Source of the DNA: an uncultured bacterium
Lineage (GTDB): Bacteria; JAJVIF01; JAPKYR01
Assembly (NCBI GenBank): GCA_965369865.1
Contig: CBDURU010000002.1
Location: 3,838-67,837 of the forward strand
Direction: 5' to 3'
Length of the DNA: 64,000 nucleotides
This document shows, one piece after another, positions 10,756 to 20,066 of the stretch (position 1 is its first letter; every line of letters begins with the position of its first letter). The translations under genes were made by a program, and so were the position numbers. The notes beneath the pieces were generated by a model. The model was not told where the DNA came from and searched no databases. It saw only the letters and a list, made by a program, of their open reading frames with translations.

Positions 10756-10883
10756 AGACGCTTTGAATTCATGGGGACGCTTTTCCATGCTTCCAGCGTT
10801 GAAAGTGTCCCCATGAATTCTTAGTTACACGGGACACCTTCAACGCTGGAAGCATGGAAAGGCGTCCCTGAATCTAAGATTGG
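10756..10883 (+). mobile_element. MITE-like nested-palindrome element, copy 1 (128 bp)
   Basis: agacgctttgaattcatggggacgc...ggcgtccctgaatctaagattgg. Two roughly 40-bp arms (ggggacgcttttccatgcttccagcgttgaaagtgtcccc and its reverse complement) separated by atgaattcttagttacac. Near-identical copies at 48051 and 62308. Confidence 0.8.
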
Positions 10884-10979
10884 TATAAGTATGTTGAAAG
10901 AGAGACTAAAATTTAAAGTTCCCCTCGTTTGGAGGGGAACTGTTGTGTGAATGTTTTGTTGCTTACTCCCCAGAATGTA

Positions 10980-11228
10980 TCAATTGGGGGGTGGGAGGAT
11001 GTGTTGTCTTCCGCAGTCAGAACAAACCTGAATTTTCTTACCTGCGAAATCAAGTATCTTGAGGTTGAATGACTGGCAAAAAGGACAGCCGACCAACGAC
11101 ATCATGTCTTCGAGGTACTCAAGGAGGTCCTCCATGCGTTCCTCTTTAGACACGTCCACCTTCCCATCCCTCACAACATCGCCATCAGGGGAGAGCAAGC
11201 TTTGGTAGAACCTTAAGTCGTTAAGCAT
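10980..11228 (-). CDS. small zinc-ribbon protein (CxxC...CxxC), hypothetical
   Basis: 82-aa ORF with CPFC and CSDCG pairs. Confidence 0.4.
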   Translation of the reverse strand: MLNDLRFYQSLLSPDGDVVRDGKVDVSKEERMEDLLEYLEDMMSLVGCPFCQSFNLKILDFAGKKIQVCSDCGRQHILPPPN

Positions 11229-11453
11229 GGCTCACCCTCGGTCTCATGTGAGATGGGGTACTTGTGTGTGGAATACTTTATGTTAATTTTTAATGTTCAG
11301 ACTGAGCCGCATACATAGGACTCACTTTTAGTATAATCCTTTGTTTGTTTAATGGCAATAGGTAATTATGGTTAAATGCCTTGAATTTTAGAGAAATATG
11401 CCATAAATACAAAATCAGTTTTTATTCTATACAACCTTATTTTATTTTGACTG

Positions 11454-12557
11454 TCAACCAGTCAAGTTTGCCGCATTGATAGATTCACGAATTCTGTCCT
11501 CGATCAGAGGCAGCGTCGTTTCATGGAAAGTTCTGCACAGGCTTGTTACCGTACCCTCAGCATCGAAAACAACGATATAAGGGAACCTGTCGATATTCAA
11601 ATTCGCATGGAGCAAGCTGCCTTCATCCAGGAGTAACGCAAACTGGTTGTAACCTGCATCACCCATCCAATCCACTTCATCCCTCGTAGCATCCGTAACC
11701 CCAAAAATATATAGCTCCTCATACCCGAATGACTCGTACAAACCTGAAAGAAAATCCATCTCCGCTTCCATATCCTCCGGTGGATACAAGGAATATGCGT
11801 ATGTCTGCACCGAGAAGAAGAACAGAACCGTTGGTTTATCCAAAGCCACCGCATCCTTGAGACGCCATGTAGCTTCGCCCGCGGTTGTACCCTCAAGTGG
11901 ATGCAATTCATTCTCATCGGCGAAATTTTTTCCGATCAGCAGTGGCCAGACATTAACCAGACCCAGGGTTGCACTTGACCCGGTGTATTGAGGCACAAAT
12001 CCCTGGAACTGCTCGGGCAGGCCTTCATCACCGGGTAAGAGGCTCTGGAATTCGATCGGAAGATTGATGTCCGGGGGAATATATTCCCACTGGATAAGGT
12101 ACCAGCCCTCATCGGTAATTTTAAAAACGAGCTGATGGTGCATCCGGTACCAGTTATCCTCACCATTTCCCCTGACCTTCAGTTCAAGCCAGGTATCGGC
12201 CATGTAGGTATCCGCGCCGGTGAAATAACCATAATTGAAATGATGGTTTGTTTCGAGCAGGGTATTACTGCCGCCACTGGTGAAGAGAGTCATGAATTCA
12301 TTTTCAGCTTCTTCATTAGTAAGGAGTATGCCGTTGGTGACAATTCCAAACGTTGGGCTGAGCCAGGTATTAAACCGATCAATATTCCGGGACGAGAAGT
12401 CATTATTAAACAGGTCAAAATATCCTGGCGGAATCGTCGCCTGGGTAAAGGGATCGACCTGACCTTCCAGAGGTGTACCGCCATAAAGTCCCTGCATCAG
12501 AAGAAAACCGAGGGTTAAATGAATAAATTTGTTAAATAACAAGCTTCCAGCAAACAC
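11454..12557 (-). CDS. secreted protein with C-terminal thioredoxin-fold (TlpA/redoxin-like) domain lacking CXXC
   Basis: N-terminal signal peptide. C-terminal KPTVLFFFSVQTYAYSLYP...PYIVVFDAEGTV resembles the redoxin fold, but TYAYS replaces CxxC. Confidence 0.45.
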   Translation of the reverse strand: MFAGSLLFNKFIHLTLGFLLMQGLYGGTPLEGQVDPFTQATIPPGYFDLFNNDFSSRNIDRFNTWLSPTFGIVTNGILLTNEEAENEFMTLFTSGGSNTLLETNHHFNYGYFTGADTYMADTWLELKVRGNGEDNWYRMHHQLVFKITDEGWYLIQWEYIPPDINLPIEFQSLLPGDEGLPEQFQGFVPQYTGSSATLGLVNVWPLLIGKNFADENELHPLEGTTAGEATWRLKDAVALDKPTVLFFFSVQTYAYSLYPPEDMEAEMDFLSGLYESFGYEELYIFGVTDATRDEVDWMGDAGYNQFALLLDEGSLLHANLNIDRFPYIVVFDAEGTVTSLCRTFHETTLPLIEDRIRESINAANLTG

Positions 12558-12646
12558 CTGTCCATCACCTCAATGAAAACGCGCACCCCATCTGATGCGC
12601 GTATCTTCTCACATTGAAAATTCTACCACAACCCGGACTATATTTT

Positions 12647-13315
12647 CTAGAATATGAAGCTTCCGCCGATATGGAGGTCGCCATCCACAAATCCGGCCTG
12701 ACCGGTGAATTGCGGGCCGATGTAATATCGAAGGCCATATGTAAACCCACCAAACAAAGTCCGGTCACCGGAGTTGAACTCAGCAATTGCTATCATGTTT
12801 TCGGAAAACTCGAGATCGATCCCACCGAAAACTTCAAAATCATCGTTGGCGCTTCCGGTAGCGTAGCTGATTCCGCCGTGAAGGCTGGCGTTCTGTGTCG
12901 CTCTCTGGCCGAGTTCAAAGAACTTGCTGGCAACGATATACCACATGGTTGAGTTCTCCGACGAGACATCGGAAACAGTAACACCCCCGGCAGCACCGGG
13001 AAAAGTTTCAGTCTCAGACATAAACAGCCATTTACCGAAGAAACTGAAACCACTGTCTCCCTTATCCGGGCGAATAGTACCGACCCCCACCTCTAACTGT
13101 TCGGAAATCGAACCGGTCACGTTCAAGGTCCAGACAGAATTGTCACCATTATCCAGGAAGTTAAGAGCGATCCACGCGTGCTCCAAAGGTGTAATATCAG
13201 CAGTTGGATTTACTATAAGACCTGTGGGTCCGAAAATTGTTGGCTCCGCAGCGGCTGGGACAACCAGGATAAAAAATACCGCGAATGCACATACAACAAG
13301 AAAGACTCTTCGCAT
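12647..13315 (-). CDS. outer-membrane beta-barrel protein (porin/OmpW-like)
   Basis: Start MRRVFLVVCAFAVFF with AGGAGA RBS. Signal peptide ending AAAEP, alternating amphipathic strands, C-terminal GGSFIF. Confidence 0.55.
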   Translation of the reverse strand: MRRVFLVVCAFAVFFILVVPAAAEPTIFGPTGLIVNPTADITPLEHAWIALNFLDNGDNSVWTLNVTGSISEQLEVGVGTIRPDKGDSGFSFFGKWLFMSETETFPGAAGGVTVSDVSSENSTMWYIVASKFFELGQRATQNASLHGGISYATGSANDDFEVFGGIDLEFSENMIAIAEFNSGDRTLFGGFTYGLRYYIGPQFTGQAGFVDGDLHIGGSFIF

Positions 13316-13471
13316 CGCGTCTCTCCTTAGGTTATTTTTTTTCAAGTATGAAAAATACAAATTCCCTCGACCACCCCGGTGGCGTTTCGAGGGTTGGTAC
13401 AAAACATTTATTGAAGTTTACATAAAATATTATTCGGTGTCAAACAACTTAACGAGACATTCCGCCGGCGG

Positions 13472-13894
13472 TTAAAGCAACACATTAATATCCACCGAAG
13501 CTGATGCCTGATTCCCATCCGAATCGGTTACGATCACAGAGAGTGTAACCACTCCTGGTGAGGCGGGTGTCAGCCAGATTGTAACCTGGCTCGCAGGATC
13601 GGGGATTTCCCCGGCCGAGACCACCCATAAGTAATCGAGCTCAGCCGCGCTATCTTTGTTATCTTCAGCCACACAGGTCAGAAGGACCTGCTCATTGACA
13701 TGGATTTCCTCACGATCGATTGAAATCTGGCTGATGAAAGGTTGCTCACGTTCCTTGTCACCGCCGGAACCGAATTCGTCCTCTATCCATTGCCAAAGAA
13801 GATATGACGCGATTGCTGTGCAACCGGACATCACCGGTACAGCGATAAACAGAGTGAGAACAATAGCTGTAATTGAAAGGAGCTTTTTGGGCAT
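13472..13894 (-). CDS. small lipoprotein with Ig-like domain
   Basis: Start MPKKLLSITAIVLTLFIAVPVMSGC (lipobox) with GGAGG RBS. C-terminal VTLSVIVTDSDGNQASASVDINV. Confidence 0.5.
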   Translation of the reverse strand: MPKKLLSITAIVLTLFIAVPVMSGCTAIASYLLWQWIEDEFGSGGDKEREQPFISQISIDREEIHVNEQVLLTCVAEDNKDSAAELDYLWVVSAGEIPDPASQVTIWLTPASPGVVTLSVIVTDSDGNQASASVDINVLL

Positions 13895-14123
13895 AGGCAA
13901 TCCTCCGACTAAGAGTTTACACAGTATAACAAGAAGATACGAACATGTCACGACAGGTTCAAAGGGAGAAGGGGACCGGGAAACAGGTTGTGGAATTTGT
14001 GAATCGAGAGTTTAATTGGTACCCTGACTACGATATGAAAGGTGTGGGAGGATAAATATGGCAAGTCCAGAGCATGTGGAGATTTTGGCCCAGGATTGGG
14101 TGGGACAAGAGAAGATTATTGAA

Positions 14124-14216
14124 GGGCGCAGCAAGCAGCGCCCCTACTTCGAGTTGTATTTGTAGTTTGAGATATAGCTTGAACATTAAAACGTAGGGGC
14201 GCTGCTTGCTGCGCCC
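14124..14216. repeat. large inverted repeat (two 24-bp GGGCGCAGCAAGCAGCGCCCCTAC arms)
   Basis: Arm at 14124..14147 and its reverse complement at 14193..14216. Each arm is itself an imperfect palindrome. Sits about 150 bp upstream of purC. Confidence 0.7.
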
Positions 14217-14359
14217 TCGTCAGATGATTCAATATCCCAGGGGCACACTTCTCAGAACTTCCCCTTTCCTATTGCAAATAATCCCAGGAACTTGTATCCT
14301 GCTTCCGGTCAAAAATTTGGATGACTTGTTAAAATAATTGGGAGAGGAGAGGGATTAAC

Positions 14360-15097
14360 ATGTCAGAAACCACAGAAACGCGTCCTGTCAAGGGTGAACT
14401 ACTTCACGAGGGTAAAGCAAAGAAGGTTTTTAATACGGACCGTGAAGACCTGTTAATCCAGGAATTCAAAAACGATGCCACCGCTTTCGACGGAACCAAG
14501 AAAGGCACGATAGAGGGCAAGGGGACGGTAAACTGCCAGGTATCGGCCAGGATGTTCAATTTACTCTCTGAGAACGGGATTGAAAATCATTATGTCGAGC
14601 TTCTGAGCGAGAACGCGATGGCGATTCTTCCCGTTGAGATTATCCCTGTGGAAGTGGTTGTGCGAAATATCACCGCCGGGTCGCTGGTCAGGCACCGCGG
14701 ATTCGAGGAGGGGAAAAAACTCGATCCGACAATTATCGAGTGGTATCTGAAGAACGACGAGCTTCACGATCCACTGCTTAACGATAGTCACATTCTTGCG
14801 TATGGTTATCTTGATGAAGACGGTATGGCGTTACTGAGAGAGGAAGCGTTGAAAATAAACGAGATCCTGTCAGAATTCTTTGCCGGGATCGGAATCGACC
14901 TCGTCGATTTTAAACTCGAATTCGGGCGGCGTCCGGACGGCAGTATTATCCTGGCGGATGAAATATCCCCGGACACCTGTCGTCTCTGGGACAGGGAAAC
15001 AGGCAGGAAACTCGACAAGGACCGTTTCAGGTTCGACCTTGGCGATGTAGAGGACGCGTACCAGGAAATTCTGAAACGCACGGCAGCGTCAAATTGA
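14360..15097 (+). CDS. purC: phosphoribosylaminoimidazole-succinocarboxamide synthase
   Basis: LLHEGKAKKVF...SAICAR synthetase motifs, 245 aa, strong RBS GGAGAGGAGAGG. Confidence 0.9.
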   Translation: MSETTETRPVKGELLHEGKAKKVFNTDREDLLIQEFKNDATAFDGTKKGTIEGKGTVNCQVSARMFNLLSENGIENHYVELLSENAMAILPVEIIPVEVVVRNITAGSLVRHRGFEEGKKLDPTIIEWYLKNDELHDPLLNDSHILAYGYLDEDGMALLREEALKINEILSEFFAGIGIDLVDFKLEFGRRPDGSIILADEISPDTCRLWDRETGRKLDKDRFRFDLGDVEDAYQEILKRTAASN

Positions 15098-15127
15098 TTT
15101 TAAGAGTCGGTGAGTCTCTAACGTCTG

Positions 15128-16678
15128 ATGCAATTTAATCCTGATATTGGAAGCAGTAACGATAAGCAGGAAGAATCCTGCGGAGTATTCGGCATATATG
15201 CCCCGCACGTAGACACCTCCAGGTTGACATATTATGCCCTGTATGCCCTTCAGCATCGCGGACAGGAATCCGCGGGGATATGTGTTTCTAACAGCGGGCA
15301 CATGTCATGCTATTCGCGCATGGGCCTCGTAAACCAGGTTTTCAACGACGAAATCCTCAACATTCTGAATGGCCACATCGCGACCGGGCACACAAGGTAC
15401 TCGACAACCGGATCATCGGTAATTCAGAATGCCCAGCCGATCCTTATCGAAAAAAAGCAGGAAGTAATGGTGGATGGGAAGATCCGGAAGAAAAACATCT
15501 CCCTTGCCCTTTCTCATAATGGCAACCTCGTCAATACCCGCGAACTGAAGATAAAATGTAACGACTTGGGCCTTTCTTTGAACACTACATCCGATACGGA
15601 AATCATGGCCCGGTTGATCCACCACGAATATACAAAGTCATTAGATATAGAAGAAGCCCTAATAAAATGGCTTCCCCAGTTTAAAGGCGCATTCGCGATG
15701 GTTATTCAAACCTCGAACGAGCTCATCGGGATCCGTGACGATATAGGCATCCGTCCGCTTGTCGCTGGTTACCTTGGGGACAAGGAAGATCCGGATGGAT
15801 GGGTGATAGCGAGTGAAACCTGTGCTTTCGACATCATCGGCGCTCACTTGTCTTATGACCTGACACCGGGAACGGCACTGATAATTGATAAAAATGGCCC
15901 CAGAAATCTCCAGTGGCGATCAGATACCGCCCCGGAACAGCTTTGCGCGTTTGAATATATTTATTTTGCCCGACCCGACAGCCTGTTCCGTGGGAAACTC
16001 ATCCACTCAATCAGGCAGCGGATGGGGGAAATACTGGCCAGGGAAAGTCCGGTGGATGCCGATATTGTCGTTTCAGTACCGGACTCAGGAACGCCGCATG
16101 CGATAGGATTCGCACGGGAAAGCGGAATTCCCTACACTGAGGGCTTGATTAAAAATCGATATGTCGGGCGGACTTTCATCAGTCCGGTATCAAGGCTGCG
16201 CGCTCTCGGGGTCAGGTTGAAACTGAATCCACTCGAGAGTGTTCTCCGTGGCCAGAAGGTGGTCCTGGTTGACGATTCAATCGTCCGGGGGACAACATCA
16301 AAAAAAATTATCCAGTTGCTCCGGAATGCAGGAGCTAAGGAAGTGCATTTCAGGGTAGCGAGTCCACCGGTACTGAACCCCTGCTTCTACGGAATCGACA
16401 CGGCGGAACAGGAGGATTTAATCGCAAGTCATTTCCAGAATGACAACAATGATTACTCGAAACTGGCTGAAATGCTGGGTACCGACAGCCTCGCGTATTT
16501 GAGTATTGAGGGTATGCTTGAGGCGTTCGGGCACACGGACAAGGAATTATGCCTGGCATGCCTTAACGGGAAATATCCTATTCCGATCTCAACACAGACA
16601 CAACTGAGTTTGAAAAAATTTAACCTTGAAGAAGAACCGCACGAAAGGCTTGAAGCACTGGAAGACAGCATTTCGTAG
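15128..16678 (+). CDS. purF: amidophosphoribosyltransferase
   Basis: CGVFGIY N-terminal nucleophile, PRTase motif VVLVDDSIVRGTT, C-terminal Fe-S cysteines. Confidence 0.9.
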   Translation: MQFNPDIGSSNDKQEESCGVFGIYAPHVDTSRLTYYALYALQHRGQESAGICVSNSGHMSCYSRMGLVNQVFNDEILNILNGHIATGHTRYSTTGSSVIQNAQPILIEKKQEVMVDGKIRKKNISLALSHNGNLVNTRELKIKCNDLGLSLNTTSDTEIMARLIHHEYTKSLDIEEALIKWLPQFKGAFAMVIQTSNELIGIRDDIGIRPLVAGYLGDKEDPDGWVIASETCAFDIIGAHLSYDLTPGTALIIDKNGPRNLQWRSDTAPEQLCAFEYIYFARPDSLFRGKLIHSIRQRMGEILARESPVDADIVVSVPDSGTPHAIGFARESGIPYTEGLIKNRYVGRTFISPVSRLRALGVRLKLNPLESVLRGQKVVLVDDSIVRGTTSKKIIQLLRNAGAKEVHFRVASPPVLNPCFYGIDTAEQEDLIASHFQNDNNDYSKLAEMLGTDSLAYLSIEGMLEAFGHTDKELCLACLNGKYPIPISTQTQLSLKKFNLEEEPHERLEALEDSIS

Positions 16679-16722
16679 ACCAATCCCATTAATTAAAATA
16701 AGGTGACAATCTTCGAGATCAT

Positions 16723-17010
16723 ATGACTCCAATAGAGCTTGCCCATACTATGCTTGGGGAAGTTACCACTACCGCATTTACACAGGCACGAGACACTTAT
16801 GGATTCAATGAAAATAAAGAAGCTGCAACAGACGGTGGGAAAATTGCCGGAAATGCGCGCAAAAATATCGAAGATAAATTAGGAGAATCTGTGGTTTCAG
16901 AACAAAACTACTTAACCAAATCACAGAAATCTAAACGACTCTCTATGCCTGATGTCGATCCTGCGAAAGCACTCGAAGCCTTCATGGAAGTATCACCAAA
17001 AAAGAAATGA
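16723..17010 (+). CDS. hypothetical small protein
   Basis: 95-aa ORF in a lower-GC segment between purF and the tRNA. Confidence 0.3.
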   Translation: MTPIELAHTMLGEVTTTAFTQARDTYGFNENKEAATDGGKIAGNARKNIEDKLGESVVSEQNYLTKSQKSKRLSMPDVDPAKALEAFMEVSPKKK

Positions 17011-17241
17011 TACGAAATAGAGAAAATTAATATAATATATCGTATAATCCAATTTTTATTTATTATTTTGTGCTATATAGTTGCATTTTTAGGTCTAATC
17101 ATTTATAATTCTTATGTACAAGGCAAAATACCCTCAAATGAGGATATTTTCAGTATATAGTTGTCAAGGGTTGACAAGGGTTATAAAAGGTTTTATATTT
17201 CTAAAGCGTCAGTTTGTAGTTGACGCAATCGATAATTAAAA

Positions 17242-17314
17242 TGCGCCTGCCGGGAGTCGAACCCGGAGCTAATTGTGAGCTAGACAATTGCTTTATCCGT
17301 TAAGCTACAGGCGC
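17242..17314 (-). tRNA. tRNA, anticodon loop CUAGCUC (anticodon AGC by position). Atypical
   Basis: Reverse complement folds as a cloverleaf: acceptor GCGCCUG/CAGGCGC, D-stem GCUU/AAGC, anticodon stem AUUGU/ACAAU, T-arm CCGGG-UUCGACU-CCCGG, 5-nt variable loop, A73. Confidence 0.75.
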
Positions 17315-17790
17315 ATGTTTATCTAAAACGCCTCTCGCCTATCAGCTTAGGGCGTTTGTATTCATTGATGATGGCTAGAATCGAACTCCAGCCACCACCA
17401 ATTAAGTTAACGACTCATATGAGTCACGTTGAAAGTCCGCTGGAGAGGCTCACGATAAGTGAACCCCTCCGTTTGACTGTCAATGTTCATTTAAATGCCC
17501 CTCATGATTTGATCGTCCGGGGGGTATTTCTTTCTGCATTCTAAGATACACGACACAAAAGGAAAAATCCACTTTTTTGTTTCAACAAAATTCAACACTT
17601 GATAGGCGGTTCAATTCGATCCGGTTCTGGGGGGATATCAATACCCGAATGAGTAATGAATTATTTGGCAATACTTATGGGTTTGTCAAGTGAATAGTTC
17701 CGATAAAATATTGATTCATATCAGGCACTCCCGTTACACTGGTCTCGGACCGCTCGCTGACGATCGCGGCTCCGATACGGTATTCCCTGG

Positions 17791-18765
17791 CTACAACAAT
17801 CCCATAACCGCAAGCGCGTTTCTCCGGAGCCGTTCTCTTCCGGCGCGTCGAATCGGTGTGCCAGTTGTCAACTTGTCGAATTCCTCTTCCGTCAGTTGGC
17901 TGAGTAACTGGAGATCAGGAACAACGAGGCCATCGCGTGGCTGAAAATCCTTATGGCGGGTTGGTTTTGCGAACCGGTTCCACGGGCAAACGTCCTGGCA
18001 GGTATCGCAACCGTAAACCCATCCGTTCAGCGATTCCTTATACCTGTTGGGGAGGTTTCCCTTGTGCTCGATTGTCAGGTAGCTGATACAGGCACGCGAG
18101 TCGATCTCACAATCATTCCTGATCGCGCTTGTCGGGCACTTTTCGATACATATCCTGCATTTGCCGCATTGACTTGACTGCTCGCGATCGTATTCACCCT
18201 CGAATTCCAGGGTTGTCAAGAGAGCGCCAAGAAAAACCCACGACCCGAATTCACGGGTAATAAGCAATGAATTTTTACCTATCCAGCCAAGCCCGGCACG
18301 GAACGCCCAGATTTTATCTCTGAATGGACTGAAATCAACCGCAATCCTGAATTCAGCATCCTGAGTTCCCTCATCTTTTGCCGATTCAGCGATGGAATCC
18401 TGGATATTACCGAGTATTTTACCCAGGACTTTGTGATAATCGCGTCCCCAGGCATAACGGGAGATTTTCGGGAAGTTCGGAAAATTAAAATGCAATTGCG
18501 GAGTGTAATAATTTACAGCTATAGCGATTATTGATTTGCAGCCTGGCAGTAATTTCCCCGGATCGTTCCGAACATCTACATCCTTCTGCAGCCATCCCAT
18601 CCCGGCGTTGTAATTCAGGCGCAGCCATTTGTCAAAGGCCCTGGCCTCCTCGTCGAGCTCAGCGGATACCGTTATACCGACCAGGTCGGCCCCGCAATCA
18701 ATCGCACAGGTTTTTACGTCCTCGACTTTCAGAACGCCTGGATCCTCCTCCCCCGTATAACTCAT
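17791..18765 (-). CDS. queG: epoxyqueuosine reductase
   Basis: Two 4Fe-4S ferredoxin motifs (CGKCRICIEKCP, CDTCQDVCPWN). Length and N-terminal pattern fit QueG. Confidence 0.75.
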   Translation of the reverse strand: MSYTGEEDPGVLKVEDVKTCAIDCGADLVGITVSAELDEEARAFDKWLRLNYNAGMGWLQKDVDVRNDPGKLLPGCKSIIAIAVNYYTPQLHFNFPNFPKISRYAWGRDYHKVLGKILGNIQDSIAESAKDEGTQDAEFRIAVDFSPFRDKIWAFRAGLGWIGKNSLLITREFGSWVFLGALLTTLEFEGEYDREQSSQCGKCRICIEKCPTSAIRNDCEIDSRACISYLTIEHKGNLPNRYKESLNGWVYGCDTCQDVCPWNRFAKPTRHKDFQPRDGLVVPDLQLLSQLTEEEFDKLTTGTPIRRAGRERLRRNALAVMGLL

Positions 18766-18828
18766 TGAACCTTTAAAAAAAAAGTAAATGACGTTAGAAT
18801 ATTGAGCACTTTAAAAAAAGTTTACCAT

Positions 18829-19491
18829 TTACGCCATATCATAGACAGCCTTTACCGCAGCTTCGATTCCCGGCTGAATATCGCCGATCCCGGGCCCGAG
18901 CATGTACGCTGGAGTGGTTACGATCTTGTGCCCTTCATCAATAACACACTTCTCGACCGGACAATCGACATGCACCTGTCCAAAATCGTTAATATTGGCG
19001 GCAGTCCCGGGATCGTTTCCGATAGTCATCCTCACACCTGAAATGTTAAGTTCCCTGAGAGCCGCCGCAAGAGATGCGGGCGTTATACATATCGCCGCGA
19101 TCGGTTTACGAGCCTGGTAAAGGCCGCCTATCAACTTCAACACGGTGGGTTCGACAGTGCAATCAACGCCTTTGACAGCGAAATCAGAAAGATGTTCTGC
19201 CCCGCCAGACCCTCCCGGACACACAAGTCCGTCCATGTCATCGGCGCTCACACCGGCAATATCGGTGATGTCACCTCGTGTTATCCTGGCGGACTCGACC
19301 ATCGTATTACGGATTTCGCCGGATGGTTCGCCGGTTACATGATCGATAACCTCGAAATCCTTATTTACGGAAAGATAGAGAATTTCCGCTCCCAGCTTGT
19401 TTAAAGCAAGAATTGATAGAGTAGCCTCATGGATTTCCGATCCGTCCTTGACTCCACACCCGGTCAGAAGTAATCCAATTCGTTTCGCCAT
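18829..19491 (-). CDS. elbB: DJ-1/PfpI-family ElbB-like isoprenoid biosynthesis protein
   Basis: MAKRIGLLLTGCGVKDGSEIHEATLSILAL matches the ElbB N-terminus. Confidence 0.8.
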   Translation of the reverse strand: MAKRIGLLLTGCGVKDGSEIHEATLSILALNKLGAEILYLSVNKDFEVIDHVTGEPSGEIRNTMVESARITRGDITDIAGVSADDMDGLVCPGGSGGAEHLSDFAVKGVDCTVEPTVLKLIGGLYQARKPIAAICITPASLAAALRELNISGVRMTIGNDPGTAANINDFGQVHVDCPVEKCVIDEGHKIVTTPAYMLGPGIGDIQPGIEAAVKAVYDMA

Positions 19492-19644
19492 GTCTTTCTC
19501 CTCCGATAATTATTAACAATTGAGCATATCATAAGGATTTTGGTCTCAGAAGAAAAAAATTCGGTTTTTTAGGTTTAGTAGTTAAAGTCCTTGACACCTC
19601 CAATATATATGGCATAGTGGTTCCGGATTTCTTTTATAAAAGGG

Positions 19645-20058
19645 GTGGCATTCATGGCCACGATTCTTAAAATTTCTGACGCAGCGACACTTGCATTCCA
19701 TATGATGGTAATTATTGCAGGTGCAGAAGGCAGGCTTGTAACCGCGAAAGAGGGCGCCCGGGAACTTCATGTTTCTGAAGCGCATATGAGCAAGGTAATG
19801 CAGCGACTTGTCAAACATGGACTGGTCAAGTCGATACGCGGGCCTGGAGGCGGATTTCGTTTAATAAGTAACCCGGAGAACATCAGCATACTTCAGGTAT
19901 ACGAAGCGATCGATGGGCCATTGACGGAAGATACATGCCTTTTGAACAAGAAGTTATGCACCAGACAGAACTGCATCATGAGCGACATGATTGGATCCGT
20001 AAACATGAAAGTACGTGAGTATTTTGTAAATACAAATCTGGCAATGCTAATGGAATAA
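19645..20058 (+). CDS. Rrf2-family transcriptional regulator (IscR/NsrR-like, Cys-containing)
   Basis: wHTH VSEAHMSKVMQRLVKHGLVKSIRGPGGGFRL; three Cys in CLLNKKLCTRQNC. Confidence 0.85.
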   Translation: MAFMATILKISDAATLAFHMMVIIAGAEGRLVTAKEGARELHVSEAHMSKVMQRLVKHGLVKSIRGPGGGFRLISNPENISILQVYEAIDGPLTEDTCLLNKKLCTRQNCIMSDMIGSVNMKVREYFVNTNLAMLME

Positions 20059-20066
20059 GGAATATT

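Noticed and set aside
12614-12952. 112-aa + strand ORF
   Set aside because: Lies antisense within the outer-membrane beta-barrel gene, which has a signal peptide, RBS and C-terminal Phe.
14057-14164. 35-aa ORF overlapping the first arm of the purC-upstream inverted repeat, considered as a leader peptide
   Set aside because: No purine-pathway codon bias or recognisable attenuator logic. Kept only as part of the inverted-repeat finding.
17380-17402. T-arm-like hairpin GGCUGGA-GUUCGAU-UCUAGCC that looked like the 3' half of a second tRNA
   Set aside because: No D-arm, anticodon arm or CCA-compatible acceptor pairing could be built around it. It is probably a stand-alone hairpin in the tRNA promoter region.
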